From the NCBI GenBank assembly GCA_945906755.1, contig CAMDRJ010000002.1, positions 1 through 59,131 on the forward strand: a DNA stretch of 59,131 nucleotides, written 5' to 3'. This stretch comes from Klebsiella pneumoniae. Its GTDB lineage: Bacteria > Pseudomonadota > Gammaproteobacteria > Burkholderiales > SG8-39. The position numbers were made by a program, and so were the translations under genes. Below, one piece after another: positions 39,087-48,828 of the stretch. Each line of letters opens with the position of its first letter. Within the stretch, counting starts at the first letter, position 1. The notes under the pieces were generated by a model. It did no database searches, had not been told where the DNA came from, and saw nothing but the letters and a program-made list of their open reading frames with translations.

Positions 39087-40064
39087 CTACTCCGGCTCGA
39101 CGCCCGCTGCGCGCAGCACTTTGCCGAATTCAGGCGTGTCGGTCTTGATCCTCTCAATGACTGCTTCGGGCGTCGTATGGGCGGTGAAGACGCCAAGCGA
39201 TGCATAGCGCTCTTGCACGTCAGACATCTTCATGATCTTCGCCACCTCTGCGTTGAGCCGATCGATGATCGGACGCGGGGTGCCCTTTGGCGCCATCAAC
39301 GACCACCACGTTTGCCCGACTTTCACTGGAACATTCGATTCGGCCAAGGTGGGCAGATCGGGGAAGATTGCCGAGCGATGTTCGCTTGTTACAGCTAGGG
39401 CGCGTACCTTGCCGGCACGAATCTGCGGCACGGCGGGAACCATGTCGGCGAAACACAATTGCACCTGCCCCGCGACGAGGTCCGCGACCGCGAGCGCGGT
39501 GCCCTTATAGGGTATGTGCGTCATGTTGACGCCCATCAGTGACTTGAAACTTTCCCCGATGACATGCGCGGGCGTGCCGCTGCCCCCCGAAGAGAAATTG
39601 AGCTTGCCCGGATTCGCTTTCAGATGGGCGATGAGCTCCGCTACCGTATTTGCCGGCACGCTTGGATGCACCACAAGAATCGAACCGGCAGTGGCCACCA
39701 GTGTTACCGGCGCCAAGTCGGTGATGTGATCGAATGGCATGCGTTTATAGAGATTCGGATTGGTGGCAAGGGTCGCGCTGTTGCCCAAGACCAGCGTGTA
39801 ACCGTCGGGCGGTTGCTTGACCGCATATTCGGTGCCGATGTTGCCCGCGGCGCCGGCGCGATTCTCAATGGTGACCGGCTGCCCAAGCCCCTCAGCAAGT
39901 TTCTGGCCGACCAGTCGAGAAATGACATCGCTCGCGCCACCGGGCGGGAACGGTGCGATGAACTTGATGGGCCTGTTGGGGTACGTCCCTTGCGCCATGG
40001 CGACCGATGCGCCCAGCACAACGGCCATTCCGATTACGACTCGGTTCAAAAGCGATGCGATCAC
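39087..40064 (-). CDS. Bug/TctC-family substrate-binding protein
   Basis: Start trimmed to a GTG preceded by AAAGGAG. Signal peptide ending AMAQ followed by YPNRPIKFIAPFPPGGASDV..ENRAGAAG..PDGYTLV. Confidence 0.88.
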   Translation of the reverse strand: MIASLLNRVVIGMAVVLGASVAMAQGTYPNRPIKFIAPFPPGGASDVISRLVGQKLAEGLGQPVTIENRAGAAGNIGTEYAVKQPPDGYTLVLGNSATLATNPNLYKRMPFDHITDLAPVTLVATAGSILVVHPSVPANTVAELIAHLKANPGKLNFSSGGSGTPAHVIGESFKSLMGVNMTHIPYKGTALAVADLVAGQVQLCFADMVPAVPQIRAGKVRALAVTSEHRSAIFPDLPTLAESNVPVKVGQTWWSLMAPKGTPRPIIDRLNAEVAKIMKMSDVQERYASLGVFTAHTTPEAVIERIKTDTPEFGKVLRAAGVEPE

Positions 40065-40226
40065 GGCTGTCTCCTTTGGTGTTATGCGTCCTGTACAAAG
40101 GATAACCGAGTCGCTCGCCGGGCATCCGACTGGGTGGATCTGCACGGTAGGTCAGGCGCATCGCATTTAAGTAGAATCGGCCAGACAAGCAAGATTCCAA
40201 AGGTTACGTCCGACAAGGAGAATTAG

Positions 40227-41237
40227 TTGAATCCATTCATTAAGTGCCTGGCCGCGATCGCGTCTCTCATCGTACTTTCGTCGGCAGCGATCGCCCAGCC
40301 AGTCGTTTTGAAATTCGCGAGCTTCGAGTCGCCGCAGGCGCCCTTCACTGCGAAGGTGTTCGCGCAATGGGCCGAAGACGTCACCAAAGACTCCAACGGC
40401 GCGTTGAAAGTCGAAATGTTTACCGGCGGCACGCTGGGCCGCAATCCTCTTCAGCAATTCAAGCTAGTGCAAGACGGTATTGCCGATTTAGTGTGGATGG
40501 TCCCTGGCTACACACCCGGCCGATTTGACGATACGGAGATCGTCGAGCTACCGGCGATCGTCAACAACTCCTTTGAGGGCTCGATGGTCCTCACCAGGAT
40601 GGCGGCTCGCAACGAATTGGTCGGATTCGCCGACTTGAAACTCGTATTCCTAGGCAACGTGCCGCCGGTAAGCATTCACGGCAAGTTTCCGCTCCGCACG
40701 CTGGCCGATCTGAAGGGCAAGCGGATGCGCGTCGGTAGTTCGGTCGGCGCAAAGATGGCCGAGTCGCTTGGCGCGGTCCCGGTGATCATCGGCGCGCCTG
40801 CTACGACCGAGGCGATTGCAAGGGGGGTCGTGGATGGCACGTTTGCCGAATGGATCTTCATCCGGGCATTCAAAATCGAGGAAGTGGTATCCAGTCACCT
40901 GGTGCTCCCGCTGGGCGGCACCGCAGTCATGGTGCCGATGCTGAAATCGAAATATGACTCACTGCCCCCTGCGGCCCGTGCGGTGATCGACCGCCATAGT
41001 GGCGAGGCGTTTGTGAAGCGTTTCGCCGCGGTGGCGGATATCGCGCAAACCGAGATCCCAGCGGAAGTGGCGCAGCGCGGTAAGAACACGGTGATTACCG
41101 CCGATGCCGCGACGCGTGCCGCGTTTGCCGCGGCGACCAAACCGGTGGCCGATGAGTGGCGCCAAGCAAAACCGCGCAATGAGCGCGTCTACCAGACGTT
41201 TACTGCCGAGCTTGCGCGGGTCAGGGCAGGCAAGTAA
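40227..41237 (+). CDS. Orphan TRAP-type (DctP family) substrate-binding protein
   Basis: 336 aa. TTG start preceded by AAGGAG. Signal peptide ending AIAQ. DLKGKRMRV and VVDG blocks. No DctQ or DctM gene is adjacent. Confidence 0.8.
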   Translation: MNPFIKCLAAIASLIVLSSAAIAQPVVLKFASFESPQAPFTAKVFAQWAEDVTKDSNGALKVEMFTGGTLGRNPLQQFKLVQDGIADLVWMVPGYTPGRFDDTEIVELPAIVNNSFEGSMVLTRMAARNELVGFADLKLVFLGNVPPVSIHGKFPLRTLADLKGKRMRVGSSVGAKMAESLGAVPVIIGAPATTEAIARGVVDGTFAEWIFIRAFKIEEVVSSHLVLPLGGTAVMVPMLKSKYDSLPPAARAVIDRHSGEAFVKRFAAVADIAQTEIPAEVAQRGKNTVITADAATRAAFAAATKPVADEWRQAKPRNERVYQTFTAELARVRAGK

Positions 41238-41290
41238 TCGCGGCGAGGTTTGCTAGCGCACCGATATTTTTGTTGATTCAGAAAAGACAA

Positions 41291-41319
41291 CGCCCTGGCT
41301 TCGATACGAAGCCAGGGCG
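41291..41319. terminator. Bidirectional intrinsic terminator between convergent genes
   Basis: Perfect 13-bp stem CGCCCTGGCTTCG-ATA-CGAAGCCAGGGCG. Flanked by GAAAAGACAA upstream and TTGTCGGTTT downstream. Confidence 0.8.
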
Positions 41320-41334
41320 TTGTCGGTTTAGGGA

Positions 41335-43308
41335 TTACCGGCGACCGTTCTTATGGTCGTTGCGCTGATTGCGAAAGGGCCTTGGTGCCCGTCCCGGAGA
41401 TTCTTCCAGGTAGGCAGTCGCCTCTTGCAGCATTTGTAGAGCTTTTGTCTGCTCGGCGCAGGTGCGGATCAGATCATTACGATCGGGCGATCCATTGACC
41501 GAGCAGCCGTCCAGTGCGCGCTTATCACGATTGTTCAGCCTTTCAAGCGCGGCACGGTACTTGTTGTCCTTCATCATCCGGAATGACGTCATCAGGTCAT
41601 GCACGAGGACCCGGCGGGCCTTCTTGTGCTTGAATACTTTGCGGCCTTGCGCGTCCACGTTTGGCAACCCGTTTATGTAAGTAACCAGATCCTGAAGCGT
41701 TGCGGTCGTGGCATTGGCAACTGCGATCGATTCCACGACTGCCGTGTCGGCGGCGCTGCTCACGATACCGTCATGGGTCAAGAGCTGAAGAACATAGGTG
41801 CCTGCAACATCGGCGATAAAGCTCGGGCTCGTTGTGTCTGGGCCCAGCAACGATGCAACGCTACCGGCCGGAGTGGCGCTGAAGCTCCAACGATAGGTCA
41901 GCCGGTCACCATTTGCATCGGAGCCGCCGCCATTGACAATCACCTGCGTGCCGACATTCACGACCTTATCCGCACCCGCATCGGCCACTGGAGCGACGTT
42001 GTTGAAGGACACTGTAACGCTGTCGCCGTGCGAGGCGCCGAACCGATCCGTTACCACCAGCTCAGTTACGTACGTTCCCTTTACATCCGGCGTAAATCCG
42101 GGCCGCGCGACATTCGTAAAATCCAGCGTAGCGTTACTGTACGGCGGCACTGATACAAATCTCCATGCGTACGTAAGCGTGTCGCTATCGGGATCCGAGC
42201 TATTTGAACCGTCTAGCACTACGCGAATGCCATTTGACACTAAGGCTTGGTCCGCACCGGCGTCGGCGGTAGGCGAGCCATTTCTCGAACTAACCAACGA
42301 ACGTACCGGGGTGCTGTCCACTGTGCCGTCGTTGACCACAAGCTCGACACCATAGTCGCCCGGCACATCGGCAATAAACGTCGGCATGACTGCGGTTGCA
42401 TCGTTGAGCGCGGCAATGCTATTAGCGGGCCGCGACGTCATCGTCCAACGGTAACGGAGCGGGTTGCCATCCGGATCGGAACTTTGGCTGCCATCGACGC
42501 TGACTGTCGTTCCCGCATGGACTGCGGCGGGCGGCGTGATTACGGCAGTCGGCGCGTTATTCACCGGTACTGGCGGCGCGGCCCAATGGACGGCGTTGAC
42601 GTAAAGATCCCGCAGGGTCTGATGGTCTCTCAGCAGATTGCCGTGCCACGACTCCATGTTGTAGTTCACGGCGGCGGTGAAATTGACGACTCGGCCGCGG
42701 TCGACTTGACGTGCGAGTACAGCATTAATGCCATTGAGTCGCATCAACACGGTTGGCTGATTGTTGTCGGTAAAGGTCTTCGGTGTACCGTCCCAAAATC
42801 CACCATTGATGAGTGACTCGGTGGGAATCCCCCGCAACACGGGGTGTGCGGCTTGGCCTGGAACGATAGTCAACGCGCAGCTCTCGCAACCGTCGATCGC
42901 GGACTCCATCGTTCCGCCCATCAGCACGAGATCGGGCATGTTGACTTGTGTCCCAGTATTGGATTCCTCAAGGCCCAACCACTGGGCGCCAACGAAACCG
43001 CCACCACCGCGGACGAACTCGACGAGCGCCCGTTGCGTTGGGATCAGCATCGATTGTTCGAAGGTCGTTCCGTTCATATGGACGATAACGTCAAAATTGG
43101 ACAGGTTAGACCCTGAGTACTCGTACTCCCGCGGAAATCTTGTGACCGTGTGGCCGGCGCTTCGCAATGCGCTTTCAAGGACAGTGGTCTCTCCGGTCTC
43201 GGTATCGACCAGTAGAAGGACTCGGGCCGCTTCCGCCGGGCTGGGGTTCATGAAAACCGCGGCCACTGCTAAGGCCAGCGGACCGAACAGTGATTTGAAC
43301 TTTGACAT
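41335..43308 (-). CDS. Secreted multidomain protein: ThuA/GATase1-like N-terminal domain, three PKD/Ig-like repeats, and a basic helical C-terminal tail
   Basis: Signal peptide ending AEA. Three collinear ~90-aa repeats, each with the pattern D(A)G.D....G..V.LDGS.S.DPDG(D).L.Y.W and ending in a GTY/GDY..L.V.D block. GC is lower than in the neighbours. Confidence 0.65.
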   Translation of the reverse strand: MSKFKSLFGPLALAVAAVFMNPSPAEAARVLLLVDTETGETTVLESALRSAGHTVTRFPREYEYSGSNLSNFDVIVHMNGTTFEQSMLIPTQRALVEFVRGGGGFVGAQWLGLEESNTGTQVNMPDLVLMGGTMESAIDGCESCALTIVPGQAAHPVLRGIPTESLINGGFWDGTPKTFTDNNQPTVLMRLNGINAVLARQVDRGRVVNFTAAVNYNMESWHGNLLRDHQTLRDLYVNAVHWAAPPVPVNNAPTAVITPPAAVHAGTTVSVDGSQSSDPDGNPLRYRWTMTSRPANSIAALNDATAVMPTFIADVPGDYGVELVVNDGTVDSTPVRSLVSSRNGSPTADAGADQALVSNGIRVVLDGSNSSDPDSDTLTYAWRFVSVPPYSNATLDFTNVARPGFTPDVKGTYVTELVVTDRFGASHGDSVTVSFNNVAPVADAGADKVVNVGTQVIVNGGGSDANGDRLTYRWSFSATPAGSVASLLGPDTTSPSFIADVAGTYVLQLLTHDGIVSSAADTAVVESIAVANATTATLQDLVTYINGLPNVDAQGRKVFKHKKARRVLVHDLMTSFRMMKDNKYRAALERLNNRDKRALDGCSVNGSPDRNDLIRTCAEQTKALQMLQEATAYLEESPGRAPRPFRNQRNDHKNGRR

Positions 43309-43753
43309 GACGGCCTCTCCCTTGGATCGAATTTCGTTTGTGATTCCGATGGCAAATCGTAAGGTGAATCATCCATGAGATCGAGGAACTAGTGACACAA
43401 TGATTTGCGATTGTTTCGCAATTGTTATTGCGCTAAATCAATGGGTTATTGGCACGGCCGGGAAAAAGCCCACGATGCGGTGCGCAGTAGGAACGGGCGA
43501 ATAGGTGGTTTGAATGGCATCCATCACGGACGCTAATTCGTCTTCAACGGCCACCGTTCGAATTGCGAGACTGACCGACGAGCGCCTCGTCGACTCGTTT
43601 TATAGTTAGTCGGCATATCGCGTGGCCCTCTTAAGATCACGAGCGGTGGCGCCCGTTAGGAGCGTTGGGGACCGCGGATGTCGAACGGGAGCGAGCAAGG
43701 TGCGCGGCAAGTGGGCACAATCACGGCCCTTTCTTTAAGATTCTGGAAGAACA

Positions 43754-44719
43754 ATGAATCGAGTCCAGCGAATGTTTCGCGTGATCGGCGGGGTTTCGTT
43801 CCTCATTCTTGCGTTATCGGTAAGTGCGCAGACGTTTCCCACCAAACCGATCCGCATGATCCTGCCGTTTACTGGCGGTGGTGACATGCTGGCTCGGCCA
43901 CTTGCCCAAATGCTTGGTGAAGCCCTTGGGCAGCCGGTCTATGTGGAAAATATCGTTGGCGGTCAGACGCTCGTTGGGACCGAGGCCGCGGCCCGTGCGC
44001 CTGGGGACGGCCACACGATTCTCATGATTACCAATAGCGCCACGATCAATCACACGCTTCGCACCGACATGCGTGTTGATCTCTTCAGGGACTTCGTGCC
44101 GGTTACCCAGTTGTGCACGTTCTCATTGGTGCTGGTCACGCATCCGTCGGTGCCTGCGGACTCGCTGCAGTCGTTGATCGCGCACGCCAAGGCCAATCCG
44201 GGCAAGCTTGCCTATGGTTCTGCAGGTCCGCTTTATCAGTTGCCTACCGAGTTGTTCAAGTCCATGGCGGGTGTGGACATTCTTTATGTGCCGTACAAAG
44301 CCAGTGCAACGTCGCGAATCGATGTGCTAAGCGGGCAGATTCAAGTCCTGATGGATGGGCTCACTTCGATGCTCCCGCAGATTAAGGCGGGCAAAGTCCG
44401 CGCGATTGCCGTGGCGGGTGCCAAGCGCTCCCATGCCGCCCCCGATATTCCAACCTTCGCTGAAGCGGGGCTACCGGGGTACGAGGGTGACGGCTGGATT
44501 GGATTCTTGGCACCGGCGGGCACACCGGCCCAGGCGGTGAATCGACTGCAAGCCGAGATGGCAAAGATTCTTGCACGCCCCAACGTGCAGGCGTTTTACC
44601 GCGAGCAGGCCAACGAGCCAATCGTCAGCGCGCCGGCCGAATACGCTGCATTTCTAAGGCAGGATGTAGCGAAATGGGCAAAGGTCATTCGCGAATCAGG
44701 GGCGAAGCCCGCGCAGTAA
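43754..44719 (+). CDS. Bug/TctC-family substrate-binding protein
   Basis: Signal peptide followed by FPTKPIRMILPFTGGGDML..ENIVGGQ..GDGHTIL. Confidence 0.88.
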   Translation: MNRVQRMFRVIGGVSFLILALSVSAQTFPTKPIRMILPFTGGGDMLARPLAQMLGEALGQPVYVENIVGGQTLVGTEAAARAPGDGHTILMITNSATINHTLRTDMRVDLFRDFVPVTQLCTFSLVLVTHPSVPADSLQSLIAHAKANPGKLAYGSAGPLYQLPTELFKSMAGVDILYVPYKASATSRIDVLSGQIQVLMDGLTSMLPQIKAGKVRAIAVAGAKRSHAAPDIPTFAEAGLPGYEGDGWIGFLAPAGTPAQAVNRLQAEMAKILARPNVQAFYREQANEPIVSAPAEYAAFLRQDVAKWAKVIRESGAKPAQ

Positions 44720-44757
44720 GGAACGTGAATGACAAAGACAGTGAACGGTGAAGCGTC

Positions 44758-45984
44758 CTATCGCACGAACTCCAAGCCAAACTGCCCAAGCGATGTGAGC
44801 GGCTTGTCTGGCGTCGCCGCGCGAATTTCTTTCATCCGCCCCTCATCGTATGAGGCGGTCAGCGCCTTCAGTCTCGGAATCACTTCCTTCGAATAGAGCT
44901 TCATCGATTTCACGGCGTCCTCAAACGAAAGAAAGCCGGCCTGGCCCATCATCAAGAGGTTGCCGAAGCCGCCGCTGTACTCCCAAAACGCTTTGATCTG
45001 TTCGTAGACTTGATCGGGTGTGCCGGCAAACACATTGCCGCGTGCCATTTGATCGTCGAGTGTCTGCTTGTTCGGATCGCGGCCACCGGTGCCCGCCAAG
45101 AACTGCGCAGAGATCTCCGGCGGATGATAGCCAGGTGGGTTTGAATAGTGCGCCGGGACTTTGTTCGAGCGTAGATACCACAGCACTTTTTCCGCGCCTT
45201 CACGGGCTGCCTTTTGATTCTCACCGACATAGACCAGCGCACAGTAGGCGAGTCGATCAAGTGGAGCAGGGGTTCCATGCGCGGCGAGGTATGCGTCTCG
45301 ATAGCCGTCAAAAATGCGCCGTACGCCCTGGTAGCCGGCCAGAAACACCGCGCCGGTGTACTTGTGCTTGGCCACCGGTTTGCCGCTTGGTCCGCTGCCC
45401 ATCGTCACCCAAACTGGCGGATGGGGTTGTTGATAGGGGCGCGGCCAGATATTGACCTGACGATGATTGTAGAACCGCCCTTCGAAGTTGAACGGGCCGT
45501 CGTGTGTGGTCCACGCTTTCAAGATTAAGTCGTGCGATTCCCATAGTCGCTCACTGCCGCGAAAAGCGGTGATGTTGGCCGCCGCACTTTCGTACGGCAC
45601 GCCACGTACGAACCCGCACTCAAGGCGGCCATGCGAGAGAACGTCGATCATGGCCATTTCTTCGGCGACGCGTACCGGCTGATTGCGATTGGCAAGCGGA
45701 TTGCCAAGAATCAATAGCCGCGCCGTCTTGGTCTGGCGCGCGAGGATCGACAGCATCAATGGCGCGGCGGGGATTACGCAGGTCGCGGTTTGATGGTGTT
45801 CGTTCAGCATGATCTCGAGGCCATGCGCTTCCGCCTGGAGCCAGAGATCGAGATACATGTGATAAAGCTCGGCGCCGCGTTTGGGGTCGTAGTTTTTATT
45901 CGGCAGATTGACGCGAATCGATTCGTACGAATCGGCATCGGGCAAATCCGGATAAGCATCTTCGGTGAAATACCAGGTCTTCAC
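44758..45984 (-). CDS. LLM-class flavin-dependent oxidoreductase
   Basis: Start trimmed to the GTG (VKTWYFTEDAYP) just after the upstream gene's stop. The 131-aa 5' extension in the track overlaps the hydrolase gene in another frame. Blocks LNEHHQT, HGRLECGFVRG and PPVWV. Confidence 0.8.
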   Translation of the reverse strand: MKTWYFTEDAYPDLPDADSYESIRVNLPNKNYDPKRGAELYHMYLDLWLQAEAHGLEIMLNEHHQTATCVIPAAPLMLSILARQTKTARLLILGNPLANRNQPVRVAEEMAMIDVLSHGRLECGFVRGVPYESAAANITAFRGSERLWESHDLILKAWTTHDGPFNFEGRFYNHRQVNIWPRPYQQPHPPVWVTMGSGPSGKPVAKHKYTGAVFLAGYQGVRRIFDGYRDAYLAAHGTPAPLDRLAYCALVYVGENQKAAREGAEKVLWYLRSNKVPAHYSNPPGYHPPEISAQFLAGTGGRDPNKQTLDDQMARGNVFAGTPDQVYEQIKAFWEYSGGFGNLLMMGQAGFLSFEDAVKSMKLYSKEVIPRLKALTASYDEGRMKEIRAATPDKPLTSLGQFGLEFVR

Positions 45985-46000
45985 GATGGCGTGTCTCTCG

Positions 46001-46762
46001 TTATGCTGCGAAGTCGAAGATTTGCTGTACGAATGCCGCGGGTTGTTCAATATGCGGTGAGTGGCCCGCCTTGGCGATGAGCGCCAGACGCGCGCCGGGG
46101 ATCTTCTGCTGATAGGCGGCGCCGATTGCCATCGGCACGAGTCGGTCGCTCTCGCCCCACACGACCAGCGTCGGCACCTTGATCCGATGCAATCGGCCCG
46201 CAAGCTTCGGGTTGTGCATATACGGATCCCAGGTGTACATCGATAGCGCGATGCGATTGGACGCCACCATACGTAGCGCTTCGGGCGCCATCGTGGTGAA
46301 GTCGGGGGCCAGCGAGAGATCATGCCAGGCGAGCTTGTTGAGCTCCGCTTGCGGGGAACTGAACACGTCAGCGACATCCCGATGATCTCTACCGCTTACT
46401 TTGATGCCGACCGCATTGGCAAGGATGAGCTTGCCAAAGAGCTTTGGATTGCGAATCGCGATTTCGGCTGCTATCCAACCGCCCAGCGAATGACCCAACA
46501 CGATTGCGCGGTCGAGGGCTAGCGCATCGAGCATATCGAGATACAGGTAAATCAAGTCTTCGAGGTTGTCGAAGTGATCGGGGATCGGGCTCCCCATATA
46601 ACCCGGGTGCACCGGCTCGATGAGTTCGAACCGCTCGGCGAGGCGATCGGCAAATGGCATGTGCGAGATCGGTCCGCCGCCGCCGTGGAAAATCAGCAGC
46701 GCGGGGCCTTTGCCTCTGCGTCGGATTTCGAGGTCGACGCCTTGCAATTTCATGATGGTCAT
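46001..46762 (-). CDS. Alpha/beta hydrolase (meta-cleavage-product / C-C hydrolase-like)
   Basis: 253 aa. Oxyanion motif HGGGG, nucleophile elbow GHSLGG, C-terminal GHSPHIE. Confidence 0.82.
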   Translation of the reverse strand: MTIMKLQGVDLEIRRRGKGPALLIFHGGGGPISHMPFADRLAERFELIEPVHPGYMGSPIPDHFDNLEDLIYLYLDMLDALALDRAIVLGHSLGGWIAAEIAIRNPKLFGKLILANAVGIKVSGRDHRDVADVFSSPQAELNKLAWHDLSLAPDFTTMAPEALRMVASNRIALSMYTWDPYMHNPKLAGRLHRIKVPTLVVWGESDRLVPMAIGAAYQQKIPGARLALIAKAGHSPHIEQPAAFVQQIFDFAA

Positions 46763-46816
46763 CGATATGCCGTGCCGGAGCCGTTAGCAGGTGAGAGGGT
46801 AAGACTGTAAGGCAAT

Positions 46817-46838
46817 GAAAAAGCCGCCCGTAGGCGGC
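46817..46838 (-). terminator. Intrinsic terminator after the FAH-family gene
   Basis: The minus strand reads GCCGCC-TACG-GGCGGC followed by TTTTTC. It separates the FAH/SDR unit from the hydrolase/LLM unit. Confidence 0.7.
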
Positions 46839-46857
46839 TCTTCTCAATCAACGGCTC

Positions 46858-47709
46858 TTACTTGCCCGGAAACGGCACCACGCGTTGACGTTGTTCCGAA
46901 AGCCCATCGATGCCAAGCGTAACGATGTCGCCCGGTTTCAGGAAGGCATCGCGGGTCTTGATCCCGAGTGCAACGCCCGATGGCGTACCGGTGGTGATGA
47001 TGTCACCTGGCAGGAGCGTCATGTAGTTGCTGCAATAGGCCACCAGATGCGCGCACGAGAAAATCATGTCGCGGGTGTTGCTCTCCTGACGCCGCTCGCC
47101 ATTGACGTCGAGCCAGATCCCCAGTGACTGCGGATCGCGGATCTCATCGGTGGTAACCAGCCACGGGCCGATCGGACCGGACGAATCGAAGCTCTTGCCC
47201 TTGTCCCACTGGCTCGATTGCAACTGGAAAGCGCGTTCCGACACATCGTTGACCACGCAGTAGCCGGCGACATAATCAAGCGCCTTGTCCTCAGACACAT
47301 ACTGCGCCTTCGTGCCGATTACGATGCCAAGCTCTGCCTCATAGTCGAGCTTGGTCGAATTGCGCGGCGTGATGATGTCGTCGTTTGGACCGCTGATGGA
47401 GGTGGTGAACTTGCCGAAAATAATCGGCTCGGGAGGAATCGGCTGCCCGGCTTCCTCAGCGTGCAATTTGTAATTGAGGCCGATCGCAATGAACTTGCTG
47501 ATGCCCGTGTAGGGCACGCCAAAACGAGGCTCCGTTTTCACCAGCGGAAGCGACTCGGGCCGGATCTTGCGTAACTTCGCGAGTCCTTTCGGCGAGATCG
47601 TTTCCTGGTCAATATTTGGGATGACGCCGGAAAGATCGCGCAGCGTCCCTTGGGAGTCGATGATTCCCGGCTTTTCGTAACCGTTCTTGCCGAAGCGACA
47701 AAGTTTCAT
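46858..47709 (-). CDS. Fumarylacetoacetate hydrolase (FAH) family protein
   Basis: 283 aa with blocks IGLNY, DYEAELG, NDVSER and TGTPSGV. Confidence 0.88.
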   Translation of the reverse strand: MKLCRFGKNGYEKPGIIDSQGTLRDLSGVIPNIDQETISPKGLAKLRKIRPESLPLVKTEPRFGVPYTGISKFIAIGLNYKLHAEEAGQPIPPEPIIFGKFTTSISGPNDDIITPRNSTKLDYEAELGIVIGTKAQYVSEDKALDYVAGYCVVNDVSERAFQLQSSQWDKGKSFDSSGPIGPWLVTTDEIRDPQSLGIWLDVNGERRQESNTRDMIFSCAHLVAYCSNYMTLLPGDIITTGTPSGVALGIKTRDAFLKPGDIVTLGIDGLSEQRQRVVPFPGK

Positions 47710-47828
47710 TGGTATTCCTCAAAGTATCGATGACAAAGCGAAGGGGGTCTGCCCCTCGTGCTCCCTTACTTCCTAGCCGTCGCCTGGAGCCATGGCGGCG
47801 GATCAAGAACCATGCGTGTCCGTCTTGA

Positions 47829-48572
47829 TCAGTTGGTCATGCCACCATCAATCGTGAACACGCTGCCCGTTGCAAAGCTGCTTTCATCGGACGCCAGATA
47901 CACAAACAGCGGCGTCATGTCGTCTACCGTGCCAAGCCGTTGCATCGGCTGGCGCCCCACAAAATCCTTGCGCGCCTGCACCGGATCCGCAAATGCGTCG
48001 ATGCGGCCCTGCAGCGACGGCGTATCGATCGTGCCCGGCGCGATCGCGTTGCACCGGACGCCCTGTCGCACATAGTCGGCTGCGATCGACTTGGTAAAGC
48101 CGATAACAGCGGCCTTGGTCGTTCCGTAGGCCAGCCGACTCGGAATGCCGCGCAAGGTCGAGGCCACCGATGCCATGTTGATAATCGAACCCGATTTCTT
48201 GTCGAGCATAGCGGGCAGGAACGCGCGCGTCACGCGATACATCGACTTGATGTTGAGGTCGAAGCTGAAATCCCAGTCGCGCTCGGTACATTCGAGGATC
48301 GTACCGTGATGCACGAACCCAGCGCAATTGAAGAGCACATCGACGGGGCCGACGCGTTTTGCCATCTCGATGACGGCATCGCTCTTGGTCACATCAAGGA
48401 TATGAGCCTCGATGCCGGGGAGGCCACCGAGTGTCGCAACCAAGTCTGGCCGCAAATCGGTCGCCCAGACCTTGGCGCCTTCCTTGGCGAATGCAAGTGC
48501 CGCGGCCCGCCCCATGCCCTGGCCGGCTGCCGTAACAAAGGCGATCTTGCCCGCGAGACGTCCGGCCACCAC
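47829..48572 (-). CDS. SDR-family oxidoreductase
   Basis: 247 aa. Cofactor motif TAAGQGMG and catalytic YGTTKAAV. Confidence 0.88.
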   Translation of the reverse strand: MVAGRLAGKIAFVTAAGQGMGRAAALAFAKEGAKVWATDLRPDLVATLGGLPGIEAHILDVTKSDAVIEMAKRVGPVDVLFNCAGFVHHGTILECTERDWDFSFDLNIKSMYRVTRAFLPAMLDKKSGSIINMASVASTLRGIPSRLAYGTTKAAVIGFTKSIAADYVRQGVRCNAIAPGTIDTPSLQGRIDAFADPVQARKDFVGRQPMQRLGTVDDMTPLFVYLASDESSFATGSVFTIDGGMTN

Positions 48573-48828
48573 TTCCCCTTTATTATGAAATTGGCAAAAG
48601 CCCGCCGTTTGCAGGCCCGCACGTGAAGCGTTTGATTATAAACAGCCTGTTTGGTTGGAATCCACTCAAAACTGAAAGTGCTTACGAGTTTGACGGAGGG
48701 CTGGCGAATCTGGCGAAATGGTGTTAGACGGCCGCACTAAAACGCTCCAAGTGCTTGCTTTGCATGGATTCTTGGGTCGTTCTGGTACCCTCGCCGGCGC
48801 GCCAATTGGCGCTTCATGGAGTGGTGAG

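Noticed and set aside
45985-46377. 131-codon 5' extension of the LLM oxidoreductase ORF (the track gives 539 aa)
   Set aside because: The extension overlaps the alpha/beta hydrolase gene in another frame and is Arg/Ser/Pro-rich. LLM homology begins at VKTWYFTEDAYP, right after the hydrolase stop, so I use the GTG at 45984.
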